Shown here piece by piece: positions 1 to 9,235 of a stretch of 26,911 bases of DNA (position 1 is the stretch's first letter; each line of letters begins with the position of its first letter). Both the position numbers and the translations under genes were made by a program. Source of the DNA: a virus (lineage: Duplodnaviria > Caudoviricetes); IMG/VR virus record IMGVR_UViG_3300025890_000126, positions 1 through 26,911 of that record; one strand, written 5' to 3'. The notes below the pieces were generated by a model, which saw only the letters and a list, made by a program, of their open reading frames with translations, was not told the origin of the DNA and did no database searches.

Positions 1-240
1 GGAACCGCTTGTACCTGATGTACCACTAGAGCCTGATGTACCTGAAGTACCTGAGGAACCGCTTGTACCTGAAGTGCCACTAGAACCTGATGTGCCTGAT
101 GTGCCTGAGGAACCTGATGTACCACTTGTACCCGAGGAACCTGAAGTGCCACTAGTACCTGAAGAACCACTTGTGCCTGATGTACCACTAGAACCTGATG
201 TACCTGATGTACCTGAAGAACCACTTGTGCCCGATGTGCC
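1..240 (-). repeat. G-X-Y tract 5 (GTS/GSS), more than 26 triplets, truncated by the window edge
   Basis: 9-nt periodic units such as acctgaagt / acctgatgt / accacttgt on the + strand. Confidence 0.95.
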
Positions 241-3200
241 ACTGCTGACTAAAGCTGAAATGCAAAGTGTAACTAGTGTTGCATCATAATCTACTGGGGT
301 TTCGCTTCCCCCACTAAATGAGGCAAAACTTATAGTAAAGGTATAACGTGTATCAGTCCCTGTGGATTTTGTTACATTAGAAAAATTATAAGTAGCAATA
401 TTTCCATCATTGAATGTTATAGCAAGGGAACCATACCCAAAACCATCAATTATATCTAAAAATGATTCTTGATCAGTTCCATTACTATCCTGGTGGTTTA
501 CTTCAAGGGAAGTTTGGGTAGTTATAGGGTTATTAAAGCTACTAAAATATATTTCACCATCTCCCGAAGGACCATTTTGCGCTAGCACATCATAATCAAG
601 ACATTTAAGATAAGTAACACCTGAGGAGCCACTTGTACCTGAAGTACCTGATGAACCTGAAGTACCACTTGTACCTGATGAACCTGAAGTACCTGATGTG
701 CCACTAGAACCTGATGTACCTGAAGTTCCTGATGAACCACTTAAACCTGAAGTGCCTGAGGAGCCACTAGTACCTGATGTACCACTAGAACCTGATGTAC
801 CTGAAGTACCTGATGAACCACTAGTACCTGATGTACCTGAAGAACCTGATGTACCTGAAGTACCTGATGAGCCACTAGTACCTGATGTACCTGATGAACC
901 TGAAGTACCACTAGTACCTGAAGAACCTGATGTACCACTTGTACCTGATGAGCCTGAAGTACCTGATGTACCACTAGAACCTGTAAGTCCTGAAGTACCT
1001 GATGAACCTGAAGTGCCTGATGTACCACTAGAGCCTGATGTGCCTGAAGTACCTGATGAACCACTAGTACCTGATGTGCCACTAGAACCTGATGTACCAC
1101 TTGTACCTGATGAACCTGAAGTACCTGATGTGCCACTAGAACCTGAAGTACCTGATGTGCCTGAAGAACCACTTGTACCTGATGTACCACTAGAACCTGA
1201 AGTGCCTGATGTGCCCGAAGAGCCACTAGAGCCTGAAGTGCCATTTACACCATCAGCTATTATTTCAAAACACATTAAATCATTATCACTAGCACCATCT
1301 TGAACATTAGATAATGTGTAATATATAAGAGTCCCATCAACTCTAATACTATCAAATCTAGCAACAAAAGCTGTTGAGGGACTAGATTGACCTTTTAAAA
1401 ATAAACTTCCACTTTCTATTTGTTCAGAAAGAGCAGTAAAAAATATATCAAGATCTGTATTACTTCCTATAGTAAATCTACTTTGGGTTGCTTCAGTTTT
1501 AATGGTGTTGTAATAAAATTCTCCGGCACTTACGGATACATCTGTACTACCTTCTTGGTATTCATATTCAACACAAAAACCATCGTGACCTGATGAGCCA
1601 CTTGTACCAGAAGAGCCTGAAGTACCTGAGGTACCAGATGTACCTGAGGAGCCCGATGTACCTGATGAACCTGAAGTACCACTAGTACCTGAAGAACCAG
1701 ATGTACCACTAGTACCTGAAGAACCTGTTAACCCCGAAGTACCTGAAGTACCACTTGAGCCTGATGTACCTGAAGTACCACTTGAGCCGGAGGTACCTGA
1801 AGAACCACTTGTACCTGAAGTACCGCTAGAACCTGATGTACCTGAAGTACCTGATGAACCACTAGTACCTGAAGTGCCTGATGAACCTGATGTTCCTGAA
1901 GTGCCGCTTGAGCCTGAAGTTCCTGAAGTGCCGCTTGAGCCTGAGGTACCTGAGGTACCACTTGAGCCTGTAGTACCTGATGTACCACTACTTACTAAAG
2001 CATTTATACATAAAGTAACAGGACCCGCCATATCAGTGGGTTTATCTGCTACAAGACCATCAATATAAGCATAACTTATATCAAAAGTATATACTCCACC
2101 GGTTTCTGTGACATTGTTAAAATTATATATTATTGTTATGGTTCCATCAGATACTGAAAGAGAACCATAACCAAAATTTTTAATTATGTCTAAAAATGAG
2201 GATTGATCAATTGAATTGTTATCAGTTTGATTTACTGCTAAACTAGTTTGTATAATTAAAAAACCATTAGGAACTGAAAAGAATATTTCTCCGGTTCCTG
2301 CAGGTGAAGAAGTTACTAAATCATAATCAAGGCATTTAAGAAAAGTTGTACCCGAAGTGCCACTTGAGCCTGATGTGCCCGAGGTACCACTTGAGCCAGA
2401 TGTACCTGAAGAACCACTTGTACCTGATGTGCCACTAGAGCCTGAAGTACCTGATGAACCACTAGTACCGGATGTACCACTAGAACCTGAAGTGCCTGAG
2501 GTGCCTGATGAACCACTAGTACCTGAAGTGCCTGATGAACCTGATGTTCCTGACGTCCCACTTGAGCCTGAAGTTCCTGAAGTACCACTTGAACCTGAGG
2601 TACCACTTGAACCTGAGGTACCACTTGAACCTGATGTACCACTTGTACCCGATGAACCACTTGTACCCGATGAACCACTTGTACCTGATGTACCACTTGT
2701 ACCCGATGAGCCTGGGGTGCCATTAGGTATTATATTAATACAAGTTTCATCATCCCCACTAAAAGGAGTAACTGAAGAAGATGCTATAGCATTTAGTCCT
2801 GTAAGAGCTACATAATATTGTGCTGGGGAAGATGCTGGGATCTGTTGAACTGAGTCAACCCCTGTATAAGTAAATGTTACAAACTCACTTCCATACTTTT
2901 CAGCTATATTAATAGTACCAGCTTGGTGTTGGGTTAAATATTCTGTAAAATTTACATTATCTTGAGAACTTGTGTTAATACGTAAAGTAGCAGCGTTATT
3001 AACATTATAGGAGGTAGCTTGGTTAGAAGAATCACTAGTATTCCATGATCTATCCCAAGGATAAATGTCAGAACTAGCACCAATATTTTTTCTATCATAA
3101 AAAATACAATATTCACTTTGCCCGCTAGTACCTGATGTTCCTGAAGAACCACTTGAACCTGAAGTGCCACTTGTACCGGAGGAACCTGTTAGACCACTTG

Positions 3201-3624
3201 TACCCGATGTACCTGATGTAGTGCCCTCTCCTCCACCACCACTTCCAGTAAATAATATACAAACTTGAGTACCTTCTTGGAATGGTTGTCTTTTAGAAGT
3301 TGATAAATTTGTACTACCATCTATTATAAATTCTACAAAGTTACCTTGATCAGTAATACTAGAATACTTAAAAATTACATAAATATCAGGATTAGTCCTA
3401 TCATATATAGTAACTACACCAGAAGTAGAAACTTCTAATAACCCTTCAAGATCAACATCCAAATTAGTAGTTTTATGGATATTAATTTTAGTAATATTGT
3501 CCACAAATTTAGTAGGACCAAAAGATATTCTACCTTTACCCGGAGTAGTATTGGGAGCTACTATAGTATAAGGAATACAAAGTATTCCTTTAGGTTCTCT
3601 ATCTATTTTAAAATCTAGTGCCAT
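1..3624 (-). CDS. Giant collagen-like (Gly-Thr/Ser-Ser)n fibre protein with Cys-bounded globular repeat domains; 3' partial, at least 1208 aa
   Basis: Manual translation from ATG at 3624 (MALDFKIDREPKGILCIPY...) stays open to position 1. Absent from the ORF track, presumably because the stop lies outside the window. Five G-X-Y tracts alternate with five non-repetitive domains. Preceded by the ATATTTAT motif and located downstream of the baseplate genes. Confidence 0.9.
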   Translation of the reverse strand, partial: MALDFKIDREPKGILCIPYTIVAPNTTPGKGRISFGPTKFVDNITKINIHKTTNLDVDLEGLLEVSTSGVVTIYDRTNPDIYVIFKYSSITDQGNFVEFIIDGSTNLSTSKRQPFQEGTQVCILFTGSGGGGEGTTSGTSGTSGLTGSSGTSGTSGSSGSSGTSGTSGQSEYCIFYDRKNIGASSDIYPWDRSWNTSDSSNQATSYNVNNAATLRINTSSQDNVNFTEYLTQHQAGTINIAEKYGSEFVTFTYTGVDSVQQIPASSPAQYYVALTGLNAIASSSVTPFSGDDETCINIIPNGTPGSSGTSGTSGTSGSSGTSGSSGTSGTSGSSGTSGSSGTSGSSGTSGTSGSSGTSGTSGSSGTSGTSGSSGTSGTSGSSGTSGTSGSSGTSGSSGTSGTSGSSGTSGSSGTSGTSGSSGTSGTTFLKCLDYDLVTSSPAGTGEIFFSVPNGFLIIQTSLAVNQTDNNSIDQSSFLDIIKNFGYGSLSVSDGTITIIYNFNNVTETGGVYTFDISYAYIDGLVADKPTDMAGPVTLCINALVSSGTSGTTGSSGTSGTSGSSGTSGTSGSSGTSGTSGSSGTSGTSGSSGTSGTSGSSGTSGTSGSSGTSGSSGTSGTSGSSGTSGTSGLTGSSGTSGTSGSSGTSGTSGSSGTSGSSGTSGTSGTSGSSGTSGSSGHDGFCVEYEYQEGSTDVSVSAGEFYYNTIKTEATQSRFTIGSNTDLDIFFTALSEQIESGSLFLKGQSSPSTAFVARFDSIRVDGTLIYYTLSNVQDGASDNDLMCFEIIADGVNGTSGSSGSSGTSGTSGSSGTSGTSGSSGTSGTSGSSGTSGTSGSSGTSGTSGSSGTSGTSGSSGTSGTSGSSGTSGTSGSSGTSGLTGSSGTSGTSGSSGTSGTSGSSGTSGTSGSSGTSGTSGSSGTSGTSGSSGTSGTSGSSGTSGTSGSSGTSGTSGSSGTSGLSGSSGTSGTSGSSGTSGTSGSSGTSGTSGSSGTSGTSGSSGVTYLKCLDYDVLAQNGPSGDGEIYFSSFNNPITTQTSLEVNHQDSNGTDQESFLDIIDGFGYGSLAITFNDGNIATYNFSNVTKSTGTDTRYTFTISFASFSGGSETPVDYDATLVTLCISALVSSGTSGTSGSSGTSGTSGSSGTSGTSGSSGTSGTSGSSGTSGTSGSSGTSGTSGSSGTSGTSGSSGTSGTSGSSGTSGTSGS
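613..1251 (-). repeat. G-X-Y tract 4, 71 triplets
   Basis: 639 nt, an exact multiple of 9; Gly every third residue. Confidence 0.95.
1582..1986 (-). repeat. G-X-Y tract 3, 45 triplets
   Basis: 405 nt, an exact multiple of 9. Confidence 0.95.
2344..2721 (-). repeat. G-X-Y tract 2, 42 triplets
   Basis: 378 nt, an exact multiple of 9. Confidence 0.95.
3115..3213 (-). repeat. G-X-Y tract 1, 11 triplets
   Basis: GTS GTS GLT GSS GTS GTS GSS GSS GTS GTS GQS. Confidence 0.9.
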
Positions 3625-3647
3625 AAAACTAGTAAAGGTTATTTATT

Positions 3648-3655
3648 ATAAATAT
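3648..3655 (-). promoter_or_regulatory. ATATTTAT motif (putative late promoter) upstream of the fibre gene
   Basis: Same 8-mer recurs in seven intergenic regions; here 23 nt before the ATG. Confidence 0.6.
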
Positions 3656-4252
3656 TTAAAATTCCTGGTTATAAAACTCTAGGTAATTAAAATTAAGATA
3701 TTGGTTTAAACCTTCTATTTTGTTTTTTCTTTCAGTTAAAGAAATAATTTTTTGATTAGTAGATTTTACTTGTAACTCATTCCCACTAATCAACCATGTT
3801 AAGTTAAATATTAAGTATAAAGTATAATCATATCCAGAATCTTTTTTAAATAATTTATCATATATTTTTTTATTTATTTCTATATATAAATTTTCGTTTA
3901 TTTTTTTAGCAAAATATCTTTGAATTTTACCTTTTTGGTAATCTTCTTTTAATGGGGAAGGTTTTTGATAATAAGGAAGGTGTAAAGTTTTAGTTACATC
4001 TTTATTTTTTAAATTTTTATAAATTTCATTACCTTGAGCATAAGTAAGTAAAGATATTTTAGGTTTAGGTAATATAGGTATTAATTGTAAAGGTATTGAT
4101 GGAGTATCTTGAGGGTTTTTACCTGTAAAGAATTTATTTTTAGAAGTTACCCAATAATATCCAATGTATTCTTCTTGAGAGGAAATAATTTGAAATTGTT
4201 TCCCTGCAGTAAATAGATTTTCTTTTGTTTGTGATTTAGGATAATAGGGCAT
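3656..4252 (-). CDS. Hypothetical protein (198 aa, basic, Tyr-rich), baseplate-region associated
   Basis: ORF closely coupled to the hub gene (3-nt gap); no recognisable motif. Confidence 0.75.
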   Translation of the reverse strand: MPYYPKSQTKENLFTAGKQFQIISSQEEYIGYYWVTSKNKFFTGKNPQDTPSIPLQLIPILPKPKISLLTYAQGNEIYKNLKNKDVTKTLHLPYYQKPSPLKEDYQKGKIQRYFAKKINENLYIEINKKIYDKLFKKDSGYDYTLYLIFNLTWLISGNELQVKSTNQKIISLTERKNKIEGLNQYLNFNYLEFYNQEF

Positions 4253-4255
4253 TAA

Positions 4256-6757
4256 TTATTCTATTTTTAAAGTACTAAAAGCATTTGTATTAAAAGAATT
4301 TGGGGATGGGGTGTCTCCTTCTATAGACCTAGCTTTAGGAGAAGAAAGTGTTGAATATGTTGTAGTCCACTCATTCCCTACAATATTATGATCAATAGAT
4401 GTTATTATAAATTCTATCCCTTTGTCATAAGAAGGTGGTAAAATATTAGGAGTTAATTCAAACTTTTGATATAAAAGGGCTCCTGATAGTCCTTCTAAAG
4501 TAATTTGGAGATTTACAGGAATAAAACCTTTTCCTGCTATTTCCCCATTTTTAGTTTTTATAGCTAAATCATATTTAAATAAACTTGCGGCATTGCTAGA
4601 AGCAGTTCCTATGTCAGGTCCTGTAGGGGATAAAAAATTATAGTATGTATTTACTAAATAATTATAATATTTTTTATATATTACTTTTAATTTTTTTTCA
4701 ACAGAATCGTTATTTTTTCCTTTAGAAGCAGAAGCAGTATCTAATTCTTGTAATCTATCCACATGACCTAAATTCCATCTTCCTATTAAAGCAGTACTAT
4801 CATTTATATTATCTTTTGTAGCTACTGCTCCAACCGCCATTTCTTTAGCAGTGTTAGGAGTTAGTTCTGATACCATATTAACATTTTTAATAAAGCTTCC
4901 TTGGGGGGTTAAAGTATTTACCCCATAAACTCTTAATTGAGTAGGTTCTATATCTTCTCCTATTTTAGATTCTACTAATCCTGGAATTTTAGTGTCATCT
5001 TGGATTACTATTTTGTTAGAAGTTTCATTATAGGTTACAGTAAATTCATTAATATTTCCTAAAGATATTTGGATACGAAACATTAATTCATTTAAAAATT
5101 CAAATAAACGAATATTATTATTTGGATCTACTGCTTCCAAAGCATCCAAAATTTCAGCTATACATTCCATATTTACATAAATATCTCCTATTACACCTAC
5201 AAAAGGAAGTTCGGGAGATGTTCTAAATTTATCTGGTATGATAGTTTGTAAAAAAGAATTTACAGGGTTGTCAAATCCTTCATAAGGTGGAAATTCAAAG
5301 GGAACAAGGCAAGTATAAGGATCAGATGATCCCGCGCAAGGGTGAGTAAAAATTTCATTTAAATATTCTAATCCTATTAAGGGCTGTACCTCTTTTAGTT
5401 CTTCATCTGTAGTTCCGGGTTGAGAAAAATTTAATTTTAATATAGTTTCTGTAATGAAGGAAAAAAGTGAACCTAAAGTTAAATAATAATTTTCTCTATC
5501 CTTTTTTTTACTATCACCACTTTCAAATTTAATAGCTAAAAGATTACCTATTTTTTTATACCTATTAATATCATTATATTTTATCCAATCTGCATTTTTT
5601 AAAGTTAAAACATCATTTAACAATTTATTATTTAATACAGATTTATATTGGTTGCTAAATATAGTCCCAGCATATTCATCATAATTTAAGGTATTGAGTG
5701 GAGTACCTCCAATAGTAGTTTCACTATCTTCTAATGCTCCCGCTTCTAGAAGTTCTTCTAATTTTCCTTTAGAAATAAAATTTTTTACAACTCCTAAAAA
5801 TGCAGTATCTGTAGTGTGGTCATTAGGGATTTGTTCTCCTAAATCATTTGCTATTTTTATTTCTTCTTCAGGAGTTAAATTTTTTATTACAAAGTTTGAA
5901 GGATAATCAAAAACTTTTAAAGAATTTCCAGGAAAATTCATTATAAGAGAATCTATTATTCCTCCTATAGAAACAGCATTTATAGTTATATCATAACTAC
6001 CATCCCCATTAAAAACCCAAGAAAAATTAGATATTTTAGCTAAACCTCCATCATAATTTCCAGAAGATTTTTGTCTATCATTTTTTAATTGCTGTATTAT
6101 GTCATCCTTAGACCCATTAAATAATGCTGTAAAAGCCCCTGTGTTGTATTCAGGGGTACCTTTAAATTCAAATTCTTCACCTTCTCCTTCTCCATCGGTA
6201 AAATATGAAGTGTGACCCCATTCTACTAATATATAATATCCTAGTCTTAAATATAAAGCATCAATTATTCTAAATTGATCTAAATTTTGAGCTTTTAGTT
6301 TTAAAACATATTTGCGAATAGATCCTCTATTTTGATGAGTAACTTTTAAACTATTTATACCTGGGGGAGGGGTATAACCATACTCTGAGGATCCAAATCC
6401 GTAAGAATACTTAGAACTATCAAGAAAAGAATTTCTTGATTCTTGAGAAGGTACTACTCCCCCTAAAGGGGATTGATAAGTTAAAATATTATTTGGGTTA
6501 TCTTTAGCAGGTGTAATCCCCCCAAATAATATAAACCCCTTAGCTAAGGTATCACTAAGGAGATTTTGATCTTTTATTTGATCATCTGCTATATCTTCTG
6601 TTAAATTTACAGAAGAAGCTACTCTTATCCAAGAATTTTTATTAGATAAAAATTGTATTTCTTCAGGAGAACGTTGAGATTTTCCTAAAATTTCTTGTCT
6701 TTTATCTATTTGACGTTTTACCCAATTACTAAAAGGTGCTCCTACTATATCTTCCAT
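4256..6757 (-). CDS. Putative baseplate hub protein (T4 gp27 / P2 gpD-like), 833 aa
   Basis: Follows the LysM gene. C-terminal 'LQITLEGLSG...FIITSIDHNIVGNEWTTTYST' matches the typical end of hub proteins. Confidence 0.65.
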   Translation of the reverse strand: MEDIVGAPFSNWVKRQIDKRQEILGKSQRSPEEIQFLSNKNSWIRVASSVNLTEDIADDQIKDQNLLSDTLAKGFILFGGITPAKDNPNNILTYQSPLGGVVPSQESRNSFLDSSKYSYGFGSSEYGYTPPPGINSLKVTHQNRGSIRKYVLKLKAQNLDQFRIIDALYLRLGYYILVEWGHTSYFTDGEGEGEEFEFKGTPEYNTGAFTALFNGSKDDIIQQLKNDRQKSSGNYDGGLAKISNFSWVFNGDGSYDITINAVSIGGIIDSLIMNFPGNSLKVFDYPSNFVIKNLTPEEEIKIANDLGEQIPNDHTTDTAFLGVVKNFISKGKLEELLEAGALEDSETTIGGTPLNTLNYDEYAGTIFSNQYKSVLNNKLLNDVLTLKNADWIKYNDINRYKKIGNLLAIKFESGDSKKKDRENYYLTLGSLFSFITETILKLNFSQPGTTDEELKEVQPLIGLEYLNEIFTHPCAGSSDPYTCLVPFEFPPYEGFDNPVNSFLQTIIPDKFRTSPELPFVGVIGDIYVNMECIAEILDALEAVDPNNNIRLFEFLNELMFRIQISLGNINEFTVTYNETSNKIVIQDDTKIPGLVESKIGEDIEPTQLRVYGVNTLTPQGSFIKNVNMVSELTPNTAKEMAVGAVATKDNINDSTALIGRWNLGHVDRLQELDTASASKGKNNDSVEKKLKVIYKKYYNYLVNTYYNFLSPTGPDIGTASSNAASLFKYDLAIKTKNGEIAGKGFIPVNLQITLEGLSGALLYQKFELTPNILPPSYDKGIEFIITSIDHNIVGNEWTTTYSTLSSPKARSIEGDTPSPNSFNTNAFSTLKIE

Positions 6758-6759
6758 TT

Positions 6760-7071
6760 TTAACCATTATTCAATTTATTATAACTATCTAAAATACTTG
6801 AAATTTTTATAGGAATTCTTAACTGAAAACCTGGAGGGGGGATTAAAGTTCCAAATATTATTGAGGGGTTTGCGCAAGCAATTACCCACCATAAAGATTT
6901 ATCATTATAATATCTATTGGCTAATAAGTCATATCTATCCCCAGATTGTGTTATGACATATATATCATTTACAGAAAGGGGAATAGTTGGATATTTTGTT
7001 GTAGAACGGAACCTAACTCCTTCTTTGACTATGGAGTCATTTTGTATTTTTATATTAGTATAACGTTTCAT
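6760..7071 (-). CDS. LysM-like baseplate protein (P2 gpX / T4 gp53-like), 103 aa
   Basis: 'YVITQSGDRYDLLANRYYNDKSLWWVIACAN...GFQLRIP' LysM pattern; start overlaps the upstream stop (TAATG). Confidence 0.8.
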   Translation of the reverse strand: MKRYTNIKIQNDSIVKEGVRFRSTTKYPTIPLSVNDIYVITQSGDRYDLLANRYYNDKSLWWVIACANPSIIFGTLIPPPGFQLRIPIKISSILDSYNKLNNG

Positions 7072-8918
7072 TATTCAGAAGTTTGTGGGGAAGAATAAGG
7101 TTTATAACCTCTATTATCTGATCCTAAACTAATGAATTGAGATTCTGGGGGGATATCTAATTCGTCAAAGAATCTGTCTTCTACAGTAGTAGATTTAATA
7201 GTTCTAGGGAGGAATTGGTGAATAGGTTTAAAATTCATATTAACTTCTATTAAAGTAGGCAATTCAGCAGAATTTTTATCTATTTTTCCATTATCTAACC
7301 TAGCAATTTCCCAAGGGGAATCCTCAGGAAAAGCATATTCTAATTTTTCTATTATTCCTGGAGTTTTGTTTAAATAATCTCCTATGGTTAATTCTACTAA
7401 ATTTCCTCTCATAAATCCTCCTTCAGAATAATCAGGAGTCATAACAGATGCTAAATAATTTAACTTATCATAAGTAGGAAATAATTCTGCTCTAGAACTT
7501 ACATGAACTTTAAAAGCTACACTAATACTTCTGTCAAATCCTTGGTATCTATAAAAATTTTCTCCTCTTCCCATATATCTAAAAGAATTCCATTCAGCTG
7601 AATAGTCATCTCCAAAATTAGATAAATAGGCTCTAAAATGGGTATAAACTTTTCTTTCAGGATTATCATTATCTAATACTGCAAAATAAAATTTAATTAT
7701 ATCTTCATAGCCTTCTGCTACTCCATCTTCAGTAGCATATATTCTTCGATAGTTTAATTTATCTACTCCGTTTAATTTACCATTAGGTTCTTTTTGGTAA
7801 TAAGCTTCTCTATCTAATGTAGAACTATTTCCAGGGTCCCCAGCATTATAAGTTGTATTTCTATTAAATTGAGAATAATCTGCTATTCTACCTAAAATAG
7901 TTTTTTTCACTCCAGAAGATGCTGTGGAATTGTCTTTTAAAATTTTAGCAAAATTACCTATACTAACTAATCCCGTTCCTTCTAATCTAGTAAGGGAAAC
8001 TTCATTTTCAAGTTGGTTATAAGTAAGAGCAAGTATTTGTTTTTTTAATTCTTTAGATGATAAATCATTGGCCCAAGTTTCAGTAAATTCATACCTTTTA
8101 ATACGGGTTTGACCTACACCTAAAACAGAATTAGGTCCTCCTAGATATTGAAGAAGAACTAAATCGTTATTTCTATTTATATCTAATTTTAGAGCATCTC
8201 CTGCTTTAATGCTTTGACCATCTTGATTGAGTTTAGCAGTTTTTAAAGCTACTAAACGATTTAATTTTCCTGTTTCTTCATTTCCATTAAATTCATATCT
8301 TAAACGATATTCATATTTATCATTATCATTTACACTAGGTAATAATCCTTGTTTGTTAAAATGAATACCACTAATAGCTCCAACTGCTATTTGGGCTAAA
8401 GTATTAGCAGGGCTATATATTCGTTTAGGATTTCCTAAAGTTTTAGGGGCTGATAAAGATAGACCTGTTTGTTTTAGAAGATATAAAACTCCCCCAGTTC
8501 CATCAAGCCCCCATTGTGTAAGACGATCAAGGTCTGTAAGAGTGGCATTTAAATATCCTGATCTGCCTATTACATCTTTACCAGGGGAATTATTGGGTCC
8601 TGAATCATCATACTTAGGTACAGGAGTCCATATGTAAGGAGATTTACTGCCTCCTTTTTTACTAGGTTGAAGATTCCTATATTCACTTTCAATTAAAGTT
8701 TTTCCTGTGCGGGTAATAGGTTGAAGTAAAGGGCTATCTCCTGTTCTGTTGACCGGATATTCTGTTGTGTTTTTGTTTCGAAACTCAGAGGGAGTTGTGT
8801 TAGAAACATTTATAAGGTTTTCTCCAATTTGGGGTATAGCCTCATTTCCATCTCTTGAAGGTGGTGGACCTTCAAAAGGATATCTTAAATTTGAAGTAAG
8901 ATTAACTATACCAGGCAT
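7071..8918 (-). CDS. Putative baseplate tail-tube initiator (C-terminal tube-fold domain; gp48/gp54 or P2 gpU-like) with a long N-terminal extension, 615 aa
   Basis: C-terminal 'FRAYLSNFGDDYSAEWNSFRYMGRGENFYRYQGFDRSISVAFKV...LTIGDYL...IEVNMNFKPI'; sits between the tape measure and LysM genes. Confidence 0.6.
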   Translation of the reverse strand: MPGIVNLTSNLRYPFEGPPPSRDGNEAIPQIGENLINVSNTTPSEFRNKNTTEYPVNRTGDSPLLQPITRTGKTLIESEYRNLQPSKKGGSKSPYIWTPVPKYDDSGPNNSPGKDVIGRSGYLNATLTDLDRLTQWGLDGTGGVLYLLKQTGLSLSAPKTLGNPKRIYSPANTLAQIAVGAISGIHFNKQGLLPSVNDNDKYEYRLRYEFNGNEETGKLNRLVALKTAKLNQDGQSIKAGDALKLDINRNNDLVLLQYLGGPNSVLGVGQTRIKRYEFTETWANDLSSKELKKQILALTYNQLENEVSLTRLEGTGLVSIGNFAKILKDNSTASSGVKKTILGRIADYSQFNRNTTYNAGDPGNSSTLDREAYYQKEPNGKLNGVDKLNYRRIYATEDGVAEGYEDIIKFYFAVLDNDNPERKVYTHFRAYLSNFGDDYSAEWNSFRYMGRGENFYRYQGFDRSISVAFKVHVSSRAELFPTYDKLNYLASVMTPDYSEGGFMRGNLVELTIGDYLNKTPGIIEKLEYAFPEDSPWEIARLDNGKIDKNSAELPTLIEVNMNFKPIHQFLPRTIKSTTVEDRFFDELDIPPESQFISLGSDNRGYKPYSSPQTSE

Positions 8919-8934
8919 ATGTTTTTTTTTAGAG

Positions 8935-8979
8935 AAAATAAAAAGACCTTTTTTCCTTTATCAGGAAAGAAGGCCTTTT
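8935..8979 (-). terminator. Intrinsic terminator-like hairpin after the 56-aa ORF
   Basis: Minus strand AAAAGGCCTTCTTTCCT-GATAA-AGGAAAAAAGGTCTTTT followed by TATTTT; 17-bp stem with one mismatch and one G-U pair. Confidence 0.65.
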
Positions 8980-9022
8980 AATAACCAATTTAAAGGTCTA
9001 TAATTCCAAATATTCCCTAAAA

Positions 9023-9193
9023 TTATTGTGGGGGGTTATCTAGATATCTACCAGGAGTAGCGCCATCATTGATATCAAAAAGGGAGCCTTGTAAAATGTT
9101 AACTCCATTATTTGAAGGGGCGGGGTTAGTAATTTGTGGATCACCTCCTCCTAGACTTAAATTGCTTGTTGATACTGAGTCTATTAGTGCCAT
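9023..9193 (-). CDS. Small protein (56 aa) immediately downstream of the tape measure gene
   Basis: Manual translation MALIDSVSTSNLSLGGGDPQITNPAPSNNGVNILQGSLFDINDGATPGRYLDNPPQ*. It has its own ATATTTAT motif, an A-rich leader and a downstream terminator. Not in the ORF track, probably because it is short. Confidence 0.75.
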   Translation of the reverse strand: MALIDSVSTSNLSLGGGDPQITNPAPSNNGVNILQGSLFDINDGATPGRYLDNPPQ

Positions 9194-9235
9194 GATTTGT
9201 TTGTTTTAAAAGTGAAAATTAAAAATCGATTTATT

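Noticed and set aside
74-2815. Plus-strand Pro/Glu/Val-rich ORFs (PLEPDVPEVP...) and minus-strand Gln/Val/His-rich ORFs
   Set aside because: Antisense and off-frame shadows of the GTS repeat tracts. They end at or just beyond the tract edges, while the true minus frame stays open through both repeats and domains.
1-3213. Repeat-unique-repeat layout as a possible CRISPR array or DGR cassette
   Set aside because: Repeats are degenerate 9-nt coding units and the unique parts are 330-400-nt protein domains. There is no cas or reverse transcriptase gene, and D3/D5 differences are not adenine-restricted.
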